A DNA stretch of 64,000 bases from an uncultured Actinomycetes bacterium (GCA_963697875.1 OY969099.1:2458736-2522735), one strand, 5' to 3'. Positions 1-10,225 are shown, numbered from the stretch's first letter. Notes: generated from the letters alone by a model not told the origin. Made by a program: numbers and translations.

Positions 1-228
1 GTCTCGGGCCAGGACGTGCGCGATGTGCGGGACGCCTGCGGGGACGCGTTCTGTCTGGTCGTGCCCGGCATCCGTCCGGCGGGCGGCAACGGCGACGACC
101 ATGTGCGCGTGCTGACGCCGGCCGAGGCGATCGAACGCGGAGCCGACTACATCGTGGTCGGGCGACCGATCACCACGGCCAGGGACCCCGTCGGGGTGGC
201 GCGCGGCATCGTCCTCGAGTCGCGCTGA
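1..228 (+). CDS. pyrF: orotidine 5'-phosphate decarboxylase, C-terminal fragment (gene starts upstream of window)
   Basis: C-terminal motif ...DYIVVGRPIT...; lies upstream of mihF and gmk, as in actinobacteria. Confidence 0.7.
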   Translation, partial: VSGQDVRDVRDACGDAFCLVVPGIRPAGGNGDDHVRVLTPAEAIERGADYIVVGRPITTARDPVGVARGIVLESR

Positions 229-325
229 ATCCGCAGGCAGGAGCCTACGTCGCGTTTGTCCCCCTCGGGAGCCGTGCGTATACTCCCGGCGTTCCTGACC
301 CTGACCTTCCACCGAACGAAGGAGT

Positions 326-649
326 GTGTCGATGGCTCTTCCGACGCTTACCCCGGAGCAGCGTGCGCAAGCGCTTGCGAAGGCCGCGGAGGCGCGCAAG
401 AAGCGTGCCGCGGTCAAGGCGGAGCTGAAGTCCGGGAAGCGGACGTTGGCCGACGTGCTGCAGCACTCGAGCGGCGACGACACGCTCGGCAAGATGAAGG
501 TGTCCAACGTGCTCGAGTCGCTCCCCGGTGTCGGGAAGGTCCGGGCGCAGAAGCTCATGGAAGAGCTCGACATCTCCGCCAGCCGGCGCGTGCGCGGGCT
601 CGGGGCGAAGCAGCGCGAGCAGCTGCTCGGCAAGTTCGGCGCGAAGTAA
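326..649 (+). CDS. mihF: integration host factor (actinobacterial mIHF)
   Basis: 107 aa reading MALPTLTPEQRAQALAKAAEARKKRA...; sits between pyrF and gmk, which is conserved; the start could instead be the ATG at 332. Confidence 0.8.
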   Translation: MSMALPTLTPEQRAQALAKAAEARKKRAAVKAELKSGKRTLADVLQHSSGDDTLGKMKVSNVLESLPGVGKVRAQKLMEELDISASRRVRGLGAKQREQLLGKFGAK

Positions 650-661
650 ACCCGTCGCCTC

Positions 662-1258
662 GTGCGCCGGGGCCGGTTGATCGTCGTCGCGGGCCCCTCC
701 GGGGTGGGGAAGGGCACGGTCGTCCGCAGGCTCCTGGCCCGCGATCCTGAGCGGCTGGCGCTGTCGGTGTCGGTCACGACCCGGACGCCGCGCGCCGGTG
801 AGGTTCCCGAGCGGGACTACGCGTTCGTCACCGACGTGGAGTTCGACCGCATGATCCGCGAAAGGGAGCTCCTCGAGTGGGCCGAGATCGTCGGGCATCG
901 CTCGGGAACGCCGCGAGCCTTCGTGGAACGAGCGCTCGCCTCCGGGCGCGATGTCATTCTGGAGATCGACGTGCAGGGCGCGGCCCAGATTCGGCAGGCG
1001 GTCCCCCACGCCCTCCTGATCTTCCTCATCCCACCCTCGTTCGAGGATCTCGAGGCGCGCCTGCGCAGCCGCGGGACCGAGGACGACGAACGCATCCGCC
1101 GGCGGCTGCAGACGGCGCAGTGGGAGCTGCAACAGGCCGGCTGGTTCGACCACGTCGTCGTCAATGACGACGTCGACCGCGCTGCCGACGAGGTCGCTGC
1201 TATCATCGAACGGTCCCGATCCGACGGACCTTCGGACACCGGAAAGGACGTTCCCTAG
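662..1258 (+). CDS. gmk: guanylate kinase
   Basis: P-loop GPSGVGKGT, guanylate kinase length; GTG start. Confidence 0.9.
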   Translation: MRRGRLIVVAGPSGVGKGTVVRRLLARDPERLALSVSVTTRTPRAGEVPERDYAFVTDVEFDRMIRERELLEWAEIVGHRSGTPRAFVERALASGRDVILEIDVQGAAQIRQAVPHALLIFLIPPSFEDLEARLRSRGTEDDERIRRRLQTAQWELQQAGWFDHVVVNDDVDRAADEVAAIIERSRSDGPSDTGKDVP

Positions 1259-1501
1259 ATGATCGAGCCCAAGATCGACGACCTGCTTGCGGCCGTCGAC
1301 TCCAAGTACACGCTGGTGATCCTGTCCGCGAAGCGCGCGAGAGAGATCAACTCGTACTACAACCAGCTCGGAGAGGGTCGCGGCGAGTTCGTGCCGCCGC
1401 TCGTCGAGACCGGCCTGCGCAACAAGCCGCTCTCGATCGCCCTCGAGGAGATCTCCGAGGGGAAGATCGACTACGAGCGACCTCCGGAGCCCGTCGAGTA
1501 A
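1259..1501 (+). CDS. rpoZ: DNA-directed RNA polymerase subunit omega
   Basis: 80 aa following gmk, typical RpoZ N-terminus. Confidence 0.85.
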   Translation: MIEPKIDDLLAAVDSKYTLVILSAKRAREINSYYNQLGEGRGEFVPPLVETGLRNKPLSIALEEISEGKIDYERPPEPVE

Positions 1502-1520
1502 CGACCTCGCCGGCCGCCGG

Positions 1521-2705
1521 GTGCTGCTCGGCGTCACCGGGGGCGTCGCCGCGTACAAGGCCGCGATCGTCGCCCGGCGGCTGGCCGCGCTCGGTGCGCA
1601 GGTCACCGCGGTGCTCACGGAGCCGGCGACGCGGTTCGTCGGCGCCGAGACTTTCTCCGCGCTCACCGGCCGCGAGGCCTTGAGCACCCTGTGGCAGCGG
1701 CCGGGCGAAGTGATCCACGTCCGGCTCGCCCACGAGGCCGATGTCGCGGTCGTCGCCCCGTGCACGGCCAACGTCCTGGCCAAGCTCGCGCATGGGCTCG
1801 CCGACGACCTGCTCACCGCGACCTTGCTCGAGTACGACGGCCCGCTGGTGGTCGCACCGGCGATGCACACCGGCATGTGGAACGCCGCGGCGACCCGCGC
1901 GAACGTCGAGACGCTGACCGCGCGCGGCGTGCGGTTCGTGGGTCCCGTCGAGGGCGCGCTCGCGCACGGCGACGAGGGGGTGGGTCGTCTCGCCGAGCCC
2001 GAGCAGATCCTCGCGACCATCGGGGACACGCTGGCGCCACGCGACGAGGCCGGCGACCTGAACGGGCGGCGGGTGCTCGTGACCGCGGGCCCTACGCAGG
2101 AGCCGATCGATCCGGTTCGCTTCATCGGGAACCGCTCGTCGGGCAAGATGGGGATCGCCGTCGCGACCGAGGCCGTTCGCCGCGGTGCGGCGGTGACCCT
2201 GATCCTCGGACCGGTCGGGTTGCTCACCCATCCGACCGCGATCGACGTCGTACACGTGCGGACGACCGACGAGATGCGACGCGAGGTGCTCGCGCGGTTC
2301 GACGGCGCGGACGCCGTCGTGATGGCCGCGGCCGTGGCCGACTTCCGGCCAAAGGCGATCGCAGAGTCGAAGTTGAAGAAGGACCAGGGCGTTCCCGAGC
2401 TGGTCCTCGAGCCCACGCCGGACGTGCTCTCGGAGCTGGCGGAGCGGAAGCGAACCCAGGTGCTCGTCGGCTTCGCTGCCGAGACCGAGGACGTGGAAGC
2501 CGCAGGTCGCCGCAAGCTCGAGCGGAAGCATCTCGACCTCGTGGTGGCCAACCTTGTCGGTCGCGACGACACGGGGTTCGGAAGCGAGACGAACGACGCG
2601 GTGATCCTCACGACCGGCGACGACGACGTCCCCATGCGTCGCTGGACGAAGACCGAACTCGCGACGGCCATCTGCGATCGGATCGCGCTGCTCACGGCTC
2701 CCTGA
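1521..2705 (+). CDS. coaBC: bifunctional phosphopantothenoylcysteine decarboxylase / phosphopantothenate-cysteine ligase
   Basis: 394 aa; N-terminal flavoprotein domain ([11 protein letters not shown]) plus C-terminal DFP domain. Confidence 0.9.
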   Translation: MLLGVTGGVAAYKAAIVARRLAALGAQVTAVLTEPATRFVGAETFSALTGREALSTLWQRPGEVIHVRLAHEADVAVVAPCTANVLAKLAHGLADDLLTATLLEYDGPLVVAPAMHTGMWNAAATRANVETLTARGVRFVGPVEGALAHGDEGVGRLAEPEQILATIGDTLAPRDEAGDLNGRRVLVTAGPTQEPIDPVRFIGNRSSGKMGIAVATEAVRRGAAVTLILGPVGLLTHPTAIDVVHVRTTDEMRREVLARFDGADAVVMAAAVADFRPKAIAESKLKKDQGVPELVLEPTPDVLSELAERKRTQVLVGFAAETEDVEAAGRRKLERKHLDLVVANLVGRDDTGFGSETNDAVILTTGDDDVPMRRWTKTELATAICDRIALLTAP

Positions 2706-2740
2706 CGTGGTCGGTGCGCGCCGCTAGACTCGGCCGCATC

Positions 2741-3934
2741 ATGCGCCAGGGGCACCTGTTCTCCTCCGAGTCCGTCACCGAAGGCCACCCGGACAAGCTC
2801 GCCGACCAGATCTCCGACGCGATCCTCGACGCCATGCTCGGAGGGGATCCGAACAGCAGGGTCGCGTGCGAGACGCTCGTCACGACCGGGTTCGTCCTGG
2901 TCGCGGGTGAGATCACCACGGACCGCTGGGTCGACATCCCGTCGGTCGTGCGCGAGACGGTGACCGAGATCGGCTACACGGACGCGAAGTTCGGACTCGA
3001 CGGCCAGACCTGCGGCGTCCTCACGGCGATCCAGGAGCAGTCCGCGGACATCGCGCGCGGCGTCGAGGACTCGCTCGAGCACCGCGAGGGCCAGTCCCAC
3101 GACGATCTGGACACGCTCGGCGCAGGCGACCAGGGCATGATGTTCGGGTTCGCCTGCCGCGAGACGGACGAGCTCATGCCGTTGCCGATCGCGATGGCCC
3201 ACCGTCTGGCCAAGCGCCTGTCCGACGTCCGCAAGGCGGGCGTCGTTCCGTACCTGCGGCCCGACGGGAAGAGCCAGGTCTCGATCGAGTACGAGGGCAC
3301 GCGGCCCACCCGCGTCGACACCGTCCTGATCAGCGCGCAGCACCGCGAGGAGGTCGACGTCGAGACGCTGCTCAAGCCCGACGTCGAGGCCGAGGTGATC
3401 GACCCCGTCCTTCGCGAGTTCGCCGATGTCGACAGCCAGGGCGTGCGCGTGCTCGTGAACCCGACAGGTCGCTTCGAGATCGGCGGGCCCAAGGCCGACA
3501 CGGGGCTCACGGGTCGCAAGATCATCGTCGACTCCTACGGGGGCACCGCGCCGCACGGTGGTGGAGCGTTCAGCGGCAAGGATCCGACGAAGGTCGATCG
3601 TTCGGCCGCCTACATGGCGCGCTACGTCGCGAAGAACGTCGTTGCGGCCGGTCTCGCCGACCGATGCCAGCTGCAGGTGGCCTACGCGATCGGGACTGCG
3701 CACCCGGTCTCTCTCATGGTCGAGACCTTCGGCTCCGAGCAGGCCGACCCGGAGAAGATCACCGAGGCGCTCTGGGACGTCTTCGACTTCCGGCCCGCGG
3801 CGATCATCCGCGACCTTGGGCTGGCCCGCCCGCTCTACAAGGAGACGGCCGCCTACGGGCACTTCGGGCGCAAGGAGTTCCCCTGGGAGGCCACGGATCG
3901 CGTCGACGACCTCCGCCGCGCCGTCGGCGCCTGA
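2741..3934 (+). CDS. metK: S-adenosylmethionine synthetase
   Basis: [16 protein letters not shown] and downstream MetK motifs; the 1691..3934 track ORF is an Arg-rich out-of-context upstream extension, and the true ATG is at 2741. Confidence 0.92.
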   Translation: MRQGHLFSSESVTEGHPDKLADQISDAILDAMLGGDPNSRVACETLVTTGFVLVAGEITTDRWVDIPSVVRETVTEIGYTDAKFGLDGQTCGVLTAIQEQSADIARGVEDSLEHREGQSHDDLDTLGAGDQGMMFGFACRETDELMPLPIAMAHRLAKRLSDVRKAGVVPYLRPDGKSQVSIEYEGTRPTRVDTVLISAQHREEVDVETLLKPDVEAEVIDPVLREFADVDSQGVRVLVNPTGRFEIGGPKADTGLTGRKIIVDSYGGTAPHGGGAFSGKDPTKVDRSAAYMARYVAKNVVAAGLADRCQLQVAYAIGTAHPVSLMVETFGSEQADPEKITEALWDVFDFRPAAIIRDLGLARPLYKETAAYGHFGRKEFPWEATDRVDDLRRAVGA

Positions 3935-3935
3935 C

Positions 3936-5777
3936 GTCCTCTCCGGACCGGTCGCGGTCTGTCTGGACCGGCCGGTCCTCTCGCTCGACCGGCCGTTCAC
4001 CTACGAGCTTCCCGCCGAGCTCGACGCCGGTCTGGGGTCGCTCGTACGGGTGCGGTTCCACGGGGGACTGACCCGGGCGTGGGTGCTGGGTCCGACCGAC
4101 GATCTCCCCGCTCGGATGCTTCCAATCACGAAGCTGGTCTCCCTGGTTCGGTTCTTCGATGCTCCTATGTTGGAGCTGGCTCGGTGGGTATCGGAGCGGT
4201 ACGTCGCGCCGCTGGCAACCGTGCTCGGGCGGGTGGTGCCGCCTCGGGTGGCGTCGGAGGAGAGGCGGGGCGACGATGTCACCGCGGGCGGCCCGCGGGG
4301 GGCCGCTTCGCTCCTTCCCTCCGGTTCGCTCCGGGCAGAGCCCCCCGCGGCGCCGCCCGCGGCGGCCTCTCTCCGTCCTCCTCTGTTGACCGGCTATTCC
4401 CGCGGATCCGACCTTCTCGGGACGATTGGGTCCCACGAGACCGCCACGTTCATCCTTCGACCCGCACCAGAAGACGAGGCCGCGGTCTGTGTCGAGGCGG
4501 TCTCGGCCTGTTTGGCCGGGGGGAGGCGGGCGATCGTGCTCGTGCCGGAGGCGTCGCCGCTGCCGGCCACGGCCGTCGCGTTGCGGGAGGCGTTCGGGGG
4601 GCGAGTATGTCTGTTCGTCGGGGGTGACAAGCGAGCTCGGTACCGGACGTGGCTCGCGATCCGCGAGGGCGCTTTCGACGTGATCGTGGGGACACGGCCG
4701 GGGGTGTTCGCACCGGTGACCGACGTCGGCCTCGTGTACGTGTCCCGTGAGTCGCATCCCGCGCATCGCGAGGATCGAGCGCCCTACTACCACGTGCGCG
4801 ACGTGGCGCTCGCGCGGGCGAGGAGTGCAGGGGCGGTGACGATCCTGGAGGCGCTCTGCTCGTCGTCGGAGGCGGCGGCCTTGGAGGCGATCCACGTCGC
4901 GCCGCGAGAGCGCAGGTGGCCGAAGGTCGAGGTCGTTCGGCCGGGTCCCGAGGGACGCGCCCCCCGGCTGGTGCAGGCCCTCAAACAGGTCCAGCGCGCG
5001 TTCGTCTACGCGCCCCTGCCCGGCTATGGCGTGGCGGCCGTCTGCAAGGCCTGCGGCTCGCCGGCGTCGTGCGCGCGGTGCGGTGGCACCCTGCGGCAGG
5101 ACGAGGGGTCCGTCCGGTGCGTGGTGTGCGAGGCGCCGGGGCGATGCGCCGAGTGTGGGGCGGACTCCTTCGGGATCCGGCGAGGCGGGGCCGAGCGGGT
5201 CGAGGAATGGGTCCGCCCCGTGGCCGCGGTTCCGGTCACCCGTCCGAGCCGGCCGCGACTGCCGAAGCCGACGGGGGAGATCGTGGTCGGGGGTGCCGAC
5301 CAGGTCCGCGACCTCGGGGTCGGAGACCTCGATCTGGTGGCGATCCTCGACGCAGACCTGGCGGAGCGGCGGCCCGGACTCGCCGCGCGGGAGCGAGCGC
5401 TGTCCGTGTGGATGGAGGCGGTGGCCTGGGCGCGTCCGCGCGGCGGCGCGATCGTGCAGGCGTCGCACCCCTCCGACCCCGGGGTGCAGGCGCTGGTGCG
5501 CGGCAGCCCCGAACGGTTCCACGAACGGGAACGCGTGCGCCGGGCGGCGGCGGGCTTCCCGGTGGGGGCCCCCGTGTTTCGGGTCATGGGAGACGCGCAG
5601 CTCGAAGGGGAGCTCGAGGCGTTCGCCCCCGTCACGTCGCTCGTCTCGTCGCTCGGAGACCGGACGGTATGCTTGCTCGCGCTCGAGCCCGGTCGCGTCG
5701 CGTCGTTCGGGGCCGCGATGCGCGAGCTCGCCGGACGAGGGGTCGTCGAACGGGTCGAGGCCGAGCCCCACCTGTAG
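3936..5777 (+). CDS. priA: primosomal protein N' (PriA); start codon uncertain
   Basis: N-terminal 3'-DNA-binding region (PVAVCLDRPVLSLDRPFTYELP), Cys4 zinc-binding region (CKACGSPASCARCGG...CVVCEAPGRCAECG), PriA length; no canonical in-frame start near the homologous N-terminus. Confidence 0.8.
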   Translation, partial: VLSGPVAVCLDRPVLSLDRPFTYELPAELDAGLGSLVRVRFHGGLTRAWVLGPTDDLPARMLPITKLVSLVRFFDAPMLELARWVSERYVAPLATVLGRVVPPRVASEERRGDDVTAGGPRGAASLLPSGSLRAEPPAAPPAAASLRPPLLTGYSRGSDLLGTIGSHETATFILRPAPEDEAAVCVEAVSACLAGGRRAIVLVPEASPLPATAVALREAFGGRVCLFVGGDKRARYRTWLAIREGAFDVIVGTRPGVFAPVTDVGLVYVSRESHPAHREDRAPYYHVRDVALARARSAGAVTILEALCSSSEAAALEAIHVAPRERRWPKVEVVRPGPEGRAPRLVQALKQVQRAFVYAPLPGYGVAAVCKACGSPASCARCGGTLRQDEGSVRCVVCEAPGRCAECGADSFGIRRGGAERVEEWVRPVAAVPVTRPSRPRLPKPTGEIVVGGADQVRDLGVGDLDLVAILDADLAERRPGLAARERALSVWMEAVAWARPRGGAIVQASHPSDPGVQALVRGSPERFHERERVRRAAAGFPVGAPVFRVMGDAQLEGELEAFAPVTSLVSSLGDRTVCLLALEPGRVASFGAAMRELAGRGVVERVEAEPHL

Positions 5778-5790
5778 AGGAGTCACCACG

Positions 5791-6318
5791 ATGATCCTGC
5801 CGATCCGAACGCTGGGCGACCCCGTGCTGCGCGAGCCCTCCAAGCCGCTCCTGTCCTTCGACCGCAAGCTGCGCAAGATCGCCGACGACATGTTGGAGAC
5901 GATGTACGCAGCCCCGGGAGTCGGTCTGGCCGCGCCGCAGGTGGGGCTGTCGCTGCGCCTGTTCGTCTTCGACGATGGCGAGACCGGGCCGGTCTTCGTC
6001 GCCAACCCCGAGCTGTCGGAGGCGGAAGGAGAGGCGAACGAGGAGGAGGGGTGCCTGTCGATCCCGGGGCCTTACTACCCGACGACGCGGTACGCGAAGA
6101 TCCGGTGTCGCGGCAAAGACGTCCGGGGCAAGCCGTTCGACATGGTCGGCGAAGGGCTGCTGGCGCGGATCTTCCAGCACGAGACCGATCACCTCGACGG
6201 AATGCTGTACGTCGACCGCCTCGACGAGGACGGTCGCCGGAGCGTCCTCACCGAGCTGCGGCGGATCGAGCTCGGCCTCTCGCAGCCGCGCCCGAGCAAG
6301 CGCGTCGGCCCCGAGTGA
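5791..6318 (+). CDS. def: peptide deformylase
   Basis: EGCLSIPG and HETDHLDG motifs; ATG at 5791. Confidence 0.92.
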   Translation: MILPIRTLGDPVLREPSKPLLSFDRKLRKIADDMLETMYAAPGVGLAAPQVGLSLRLFVFDDGETGPVFVANPELSEAEGEANEEEGCLSIPGPYYPTTRYAKIRCRGKDVRGKPFDMVGEGLLARIFQHETDHLDGMLYVDRLDEDGRRSVLTELRRIELGLSQPRPSKRVGPE

Positions 6319-6337
6319 GCACGGCTATCCTCCCGGC

Positions 6338-7282
6338 GTGAGCGTCCGGGTCGCGTTCCTGGGCAACGATCGATGGTCGGTGCCCTCCCTCGAGGCGATG
6401 GCCGGCGAGCCCGAGATCGATGTCGTGCTGGTCATCACCAATCCTCCGAAGCCCGCGGGCCGTGGCGCGAAGCACACCCCGACGCCCGTGGCCGAGGCGG
6501 CGCGGCGCATGGACCTTCCACTGCTCGAAGCCGACGGCGTGCGCGCCGGCGCGGGTCTCGACGCGCTCCGTCGGGCGCGTCCGGATGCGATCGCCGTCGT
6601 CGCCTACGGTCAGCTCCTGCCGCCGGAGGTCCTGGAGCTGCCGAGCTTGGGGTGTGTGAACGTGCACTTCTCGCTGCTGCCCCGATGGCGGGGCGCGGCG
6701 CCTGTCCAGCGCGCGTTCCTCGCCGGTGACGAGGTCACGGGCGTGACCGTGATGCGTATGGATGCCGGGCTCGACACCGGCCCGATCCTCAACCAGATGG
6801 AGGACGCGATCCGGCCCGAGGACGACGCCGGGACGCTCGGCGACCGGCTCGCCCATCTCGGCGGCATGCTCCTGGTCGGCGTGCTCCGCAAGCTCGCCGA
6901 GGACGGCTTGCCCGAGCGGCGGCAGGACGACCGCAAGGCCACGCGAGCGCCACGGTTGACACCCGAGCAGCGCAGGATCGACTGGGGTGGATCCGCGGAG
7001 TCCGTCGTGCGGATGGTGCGCGCGCTGGCGCCCGATCCGGGGGCGACGACCTCGTTCCGCGGCGAGCCGCTCAAGGTGCTGTCGGCGGGCGTCGCCCACG
7101 ACGCCGTCGCCGACGATCCGCCGCCCGGATCGGTGATCTCTGCCGACGACCGAGGCGTTCTCGTCGCCGCCGGTTCCGGAGCCGTGCGCCTTCGCCGGGT
7201 CGCGCCGTCGGGCCGTCGGCGGATGGGGGCGGCGGAGTGGGCGCGGGGAGCGCGGTTCGCGTCCGACGATCGGCTCGGATGA
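6338..7282 (+). CDS. fmt: methionyl-tRNA formyltransferase
   Basis: formyl-transferase N and C domains; GTG at 6338; follows def. Confidence 0.9.
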   Translation: MSVRVAFLGNDRWSVPSLEAMAGEPEIDVVLVITNPPKPAGRGAKHTPTPVAEAARRMDLPLLEADGVRAGAGLDALRRARPDAIAVVAYGQLLPPEVLELPSLGCVNVHFSLLPRWRGAAPVQRAFLAGDEVTGVTVMRMDAGLDTGPILNQMEDAIRPEDDAGTLGDRLAHLGGMLLVGVLRKLAEDGLPERRQDDRKATRAPRLTPEQRRIDWGGSAESVVRMVRALAPDPGATTSFRGEPLKVLSAGVAHDAVADDPPPGSVISADDRGVLVAAGSGAVRLRRVAPSGRRRMGAAEWARGARFASDDRLG

Positions 7283-8577
7283 CGCGGTCCCGGCGCCCGA
7301 CGACCGCCCGTGCGGTCGCGCTGGAGGCCGTCCGCCGCGTCGTTGACGAGGGTGCGTATTCGAACCGGGTCGTTCCGGCGCTCCTGGAACGGTCGGGTCT
7401 CCCGCGACGTGACCGGGCGTTCGCCGCGGAGCTTGCCTACGGGACGGTCCGCCGGCTGCTGCCCGTCGACCGCGCGATCGAGATGCGGGCCAAACGGCCG
7501 GTCGAGAGGATCAGTCCCGGCGCGCGGCATACTCTGCGCCTGGGCGCCTATCAGCTGCTGTTCGCGGGCGTCCCGGCTCACGCGGCCGTCGGGGAGACCG
7601 TCGCCCTCGCGGGTCCGCGTGAGCGGGGGTTCGTCAACGCCGTCCTCCGAGGGATCGCTTCGTCGCCCCCCGAGCCACCCGCCGGCGATGAAGAGGCCGA
7701 CGTCTCGGCGCGCACGGGGCTCTCCTCCTGGGCCGTCCGAGAGCTTCGCCACGTCCTCGGGGCCGACGCCGAGCGGGCCGCGTCGGCACTGGCCGGCCGC
7801 GGGCCACTCTGCGTCCGCGTGAACACCTGCGCGGGCGATGTGGAGTCCTTCCGGGGCGCGCTCTCGCGCGCGGGGATCGAGGCAGAGCCGGCGTTTCTCG
7901 AACCCGACTGCTTCCTGATCGACGGCGGGGACCCGAGATCGCTGCCCGGGTGGGCGGAGGGTCGGTTCGCCGTGCAGGACCAGGCGTCCGCCTTCGTGGT
8001 GCGCACGCTCGACCCGCGTCCCGGCGACCGCGTGCTGGATGCGTGTGCGGCGCCCGGCGGAAAGTCCGTGTTCGCCGCGTGCCTGGTCGGAGCACCGGGC
8101 GTCGTGGTGGCCACGGACATCAGCCGGGCTCGGCTCGGTCTGGTGGCGACCCAGGCACGCCGGCTCGGCGCCCGCGCGCTGCTGGTGGCGATGGATGCGA
8201 CCGTGCCGGCGGTGCGTGGGTCCTTCGACCGCGTGCTCGTCGACGCGCCCTGCAGCGGCATCGGCTCGGCGCGTCGCCGGCCCGAGCTGCTGTGGAAGGT
8301 GCCGAAGGACGGGCTCAGCAGGCTCGCACGGCGCCAAGTGTCGATCGTCTCGGCAGCCGCCGGGCTGCTGCGGCCGGGGGGCCGTCTCGTCTATTCCGTG
8401 TGCACATTCCCGAGGGCGGAGACGGACGCCGCGTGTGACGCCATCGTCCGCCATCGGCCGGAGCTCCGCCCGGTCCAGACGCCCGGCCCGGAAGGCCCTG
8501 CCCTGCGCCACCGGCTCTGGCCCCACGTCCACGGGTCCGACGGCATGTTCGTGGCGGCGTTCGAACGCGGCCCGTGA
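7279..8577 (+). CDS. rsmB: 16S rRNA (cytosine967-C5)-methyltransferase, Sun/Fmu family
   Basis: NusB-like N-terminus plus SAM-dependent methyltransferase core (VLDACAAPGGKS, DAPCSG); ATGA overlap with fmt. Confidence 0.85.
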   Translation: MTRSRRPTTARAVALEAVRRVVDEGAYSNRVVPALLERSGLPRRDRAFAAELAYGTVRRLLPVDRAIEMRAKRPVERISPGARHTLRLGAYQLLFAGVPAHAAVGETVALAGPRERGFVNAVLRGIASSPPEPPAGDEEADVSARTGLSSWAVRELRHVLGADAERAASALAGRGPLCVRVNTCAGDVESFRGALSRAGIEAEPAFLEPDCFLIDGGDPRSLPGWAEGRFAVQDQASAFVVRTLDPRPGDRVLDACAAPGGKSVFAACLVGAPGVVVATDISRARLGLVATQARRLGARALLVAMDATVPAVRGSFDRVLVDAPCSGIGSARRRPELLWKVPKDGLSRLARRQVSIVSAAAGLLRPGGRLVYSVCTFPRAETDAACDAIVRHRPELRPVQTPGPEGPALRHRLWPHVHGSDGMFVAAFERGP

Positions 8578-8626
8578 TCAACGGGCTGCGGCGGCCGGCT
8601 GGACCCCGCCGGGTACGATACGCGCG

Positions 8627-9286
8627 ATGGGCAAGCTCTCCGCGTCGATCCTGGCAGCCGATCTCGCGCAGCTGGGACGGCAGGTTCAGCTGGTCGAGCC
8701 GTACGCCGACATCATCCACGTGGACATCATGGACGGGCACTTCGTTCCGCCGATCGCGCTCGGTACCGTCGTGGTCGAGTCGCTGCGCCCCGTCACGGAA
8801 CGGACCCTCCACGGACACCTGATGGTCGACGCGCCTGAGAGCTTCTTCGACGAGCTCCGCGACGCGGGGTTGGACGTGGTCTCCTTCCACATCGAGGCGG
8901 TTCCCGAGCCGGCGCCGGCGATCCGGAAGGCCCGCGAGGCGGGTCTGGGCGTCGGTTTGACGATCAACCTCGAGACGCCCGTCGAGCGTCTCTTCCCGTT
9001 CCTCGACCAGATCGACGACGTCATGCTGATGAGCATCCGGCCCGGCTGGTCGGGCCAGCTGCTCAACCCCGACGTGTATCCGCGCCTCGAGGCCGTGCGT
9101 GCTGAGGTCGACCGGTCCGGTCGTGCGATCGACGTGGAGATCGACGGTGGCGTGAAGCTCGACAACGCGGACCGGGCGGTTCGCGCCGGAGCCAACGTCC
9201 TGATCGCGGCGTCCGGCATCTTCCGCCAGCCCGACCCCGCCGCCGCGGCCCGCGCCCTCGCCGACGTCGCCAAGGAGGCCGCCTGA
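8627..9286 (+). CDS. rpe: ribulose-phosphate 3-epimerase
   Basis: MGKLSASILAADLAQLG...HVDIMDGHFVP, 220 aa. Confidence 0.9.
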   Translation: MGKLSASILAADLAQLGRQVQLVEPYADIIHVDIMDGHFVPPIALGTVVVESLRPVTERTLHGHLMVDAPESFFDELRDAGLDVVSFHIEAVPEPAPAIRKAREAGLGVGLTINLETPVERLFPFLDQIDDVMLMSIRPGWSGQLLNPDVYPRLEAVRAEVDRSGRAIDVEIDGGVKLDNADRAVRAGANVLIAASGIFRQPDPAAAARALADVAKEAA

Positions 9287-10215
9287 TGCCGGAGACGATC
9301 CTGGTCGTCGACGACGATCCCGACATCGCCCGATTCGTTGAGGTGAACCTTCGCTCGGCCGGCTACGACGTGGCGGTCGCAGGCGACGGCGAGGAGGCGA
9401 TCGACAAGGCGATGGACCTCCGACCCGACCTCGTGCTCCTCGACGTGATGATGCCGCGCATCGACGGCTTCGAGGTCGCACAACGGCTCCGGAAGAACCC
9501 GCAGACCGCGAACACGAGCATCATCATGCTCACGGCGAAGGCGCTGTCGGCCGACAAGGTGACCGGGCTGCAGTCGGGCGCCGACGACTACATCATCAAG
9601 CCGTTCGATCCGATCGAGCTGCTGGCGCGGGTGAAGGGCACCCTTCGCCGCGCCAAGGAGATGCGGAACCTCTCGCCGCTCACGGGGCTGCCGGGCAACA
9701 TCCGGATCCAGGAGGAGATCGAGCGCCAGGTCCGGGAGGGCCGTGACTTCGCGGTGCTCTACTCCGACCTGGACAACTTCAAGGCGTACAACGACCAGAA
9801 GGGGTTCGTCCGCGGCGACCGGCTGATCCAGGCGACCGCCCGGCTGATCCAGGACGCGGTGCTCGAGTTCGCTGGCGCGGAGGGGTTCATCGGTCACGTC
9901 GGCGGCGACGACTTCGTTGCCGTCGTGCAGCCGGAGGTCGCCGAAGAGGTGGCCAAACGGATCGCCGAGCGGTTCGACGAGGCACGCGCCGACTTCTACG
10001 AACCGGAGGACCTCGAGCGGGGATTCGTGCGGGTCGAGGACCGCAAGGGAGTCCTGCAGGACATCCCCTTGGTCGCCGTCTCGATCGGGATCGCCTCGAC
10101 GTCGAAGCGCCGGTTCGCCCACTATGGCGAGGCGGTGGCCGTGGCCACCGAGATGAAGTCCTTCGCCAAGCGCGACGCCGGCTCCTCCTACGCCGTCGAC
10201 CGCCGCGCGGAGTGA
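9286..10215 (+). CDS. response regulator with GGDEF output domain (REC + diguanylate cyclase-like, GGDDF variant)
   Basis: REC domain (VVDDDPDIARF...DVMMP...ADDYIIKPF) then GGDEF domain (LTGLPGN...DLDNFKAYND...GFVRGD...GHVGGDDFVAV); ATGA overlap with rpe. Confidence 0.8.
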   Translation: MPETILVVDDDPDIARFVEVNLRSAGYDVAVAGDGEEAIDKAMDLRPDLVLLDVMMPRIDGFEVAQRLRKNPQTANTSIIMLTAKALSADKVTGLQSGADDYIIKPFDPIELLARVKGTLRRAKEMRNLSPLTGLPGNIRIQEEIERQVREGRDFAVLYSDLDNFKAYNDQKGFVRGDRLIQATARLIQDAVLEFAGAEGFIGHVGGDDFVAVVQPEVAEEVAKRIAERFDEARADFYEPEDLERGFVRVEDRKGVLQDIPLVAVSIGIASTSKRRFAHYGEAVAVATEMKSFAKRDAGSSYAVDRRAE

Positions 10216-10225
10216 CGTCCTTCTT

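Noticed and set aside
1691-2740. Upstream 350-aa Arg-rich extension of the metK ORF (and similar N-terminal extensions at 3558..3935, 5026..5790, 8039..8626, 11598..12113, 58757..60046, 58857..59426)
   Set aside because: The extension overlaps the preceding gene in another frame and has no homology. The true starts are set by protein-family N-termini and by ATGA/GTGA coupling.
2706-2740. SAM riboswitch upstream of metK
   Set aside because: Only 35 nt separate coaBC from metK, which is too short for any SAM aptamer.
245-4000. 1251-aa minus-strand ORF, and similar long antisense ORFs (6610..8532, 8686..10839, 12628..14442, 16948..18327, 17562..19982, 20879..22969, 36801..38288, 38743..40503, 41579..43123, 44544..46151, 46749..49544, 50232..51809, 53815..55686, 61502..62995)
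   Set aside because: They lie antisense to well-supported + strand housekeeping genes and have Arg/Pro/Gly-rich low-complexity translations. Such open frames are expected by chance at about 70% GC.
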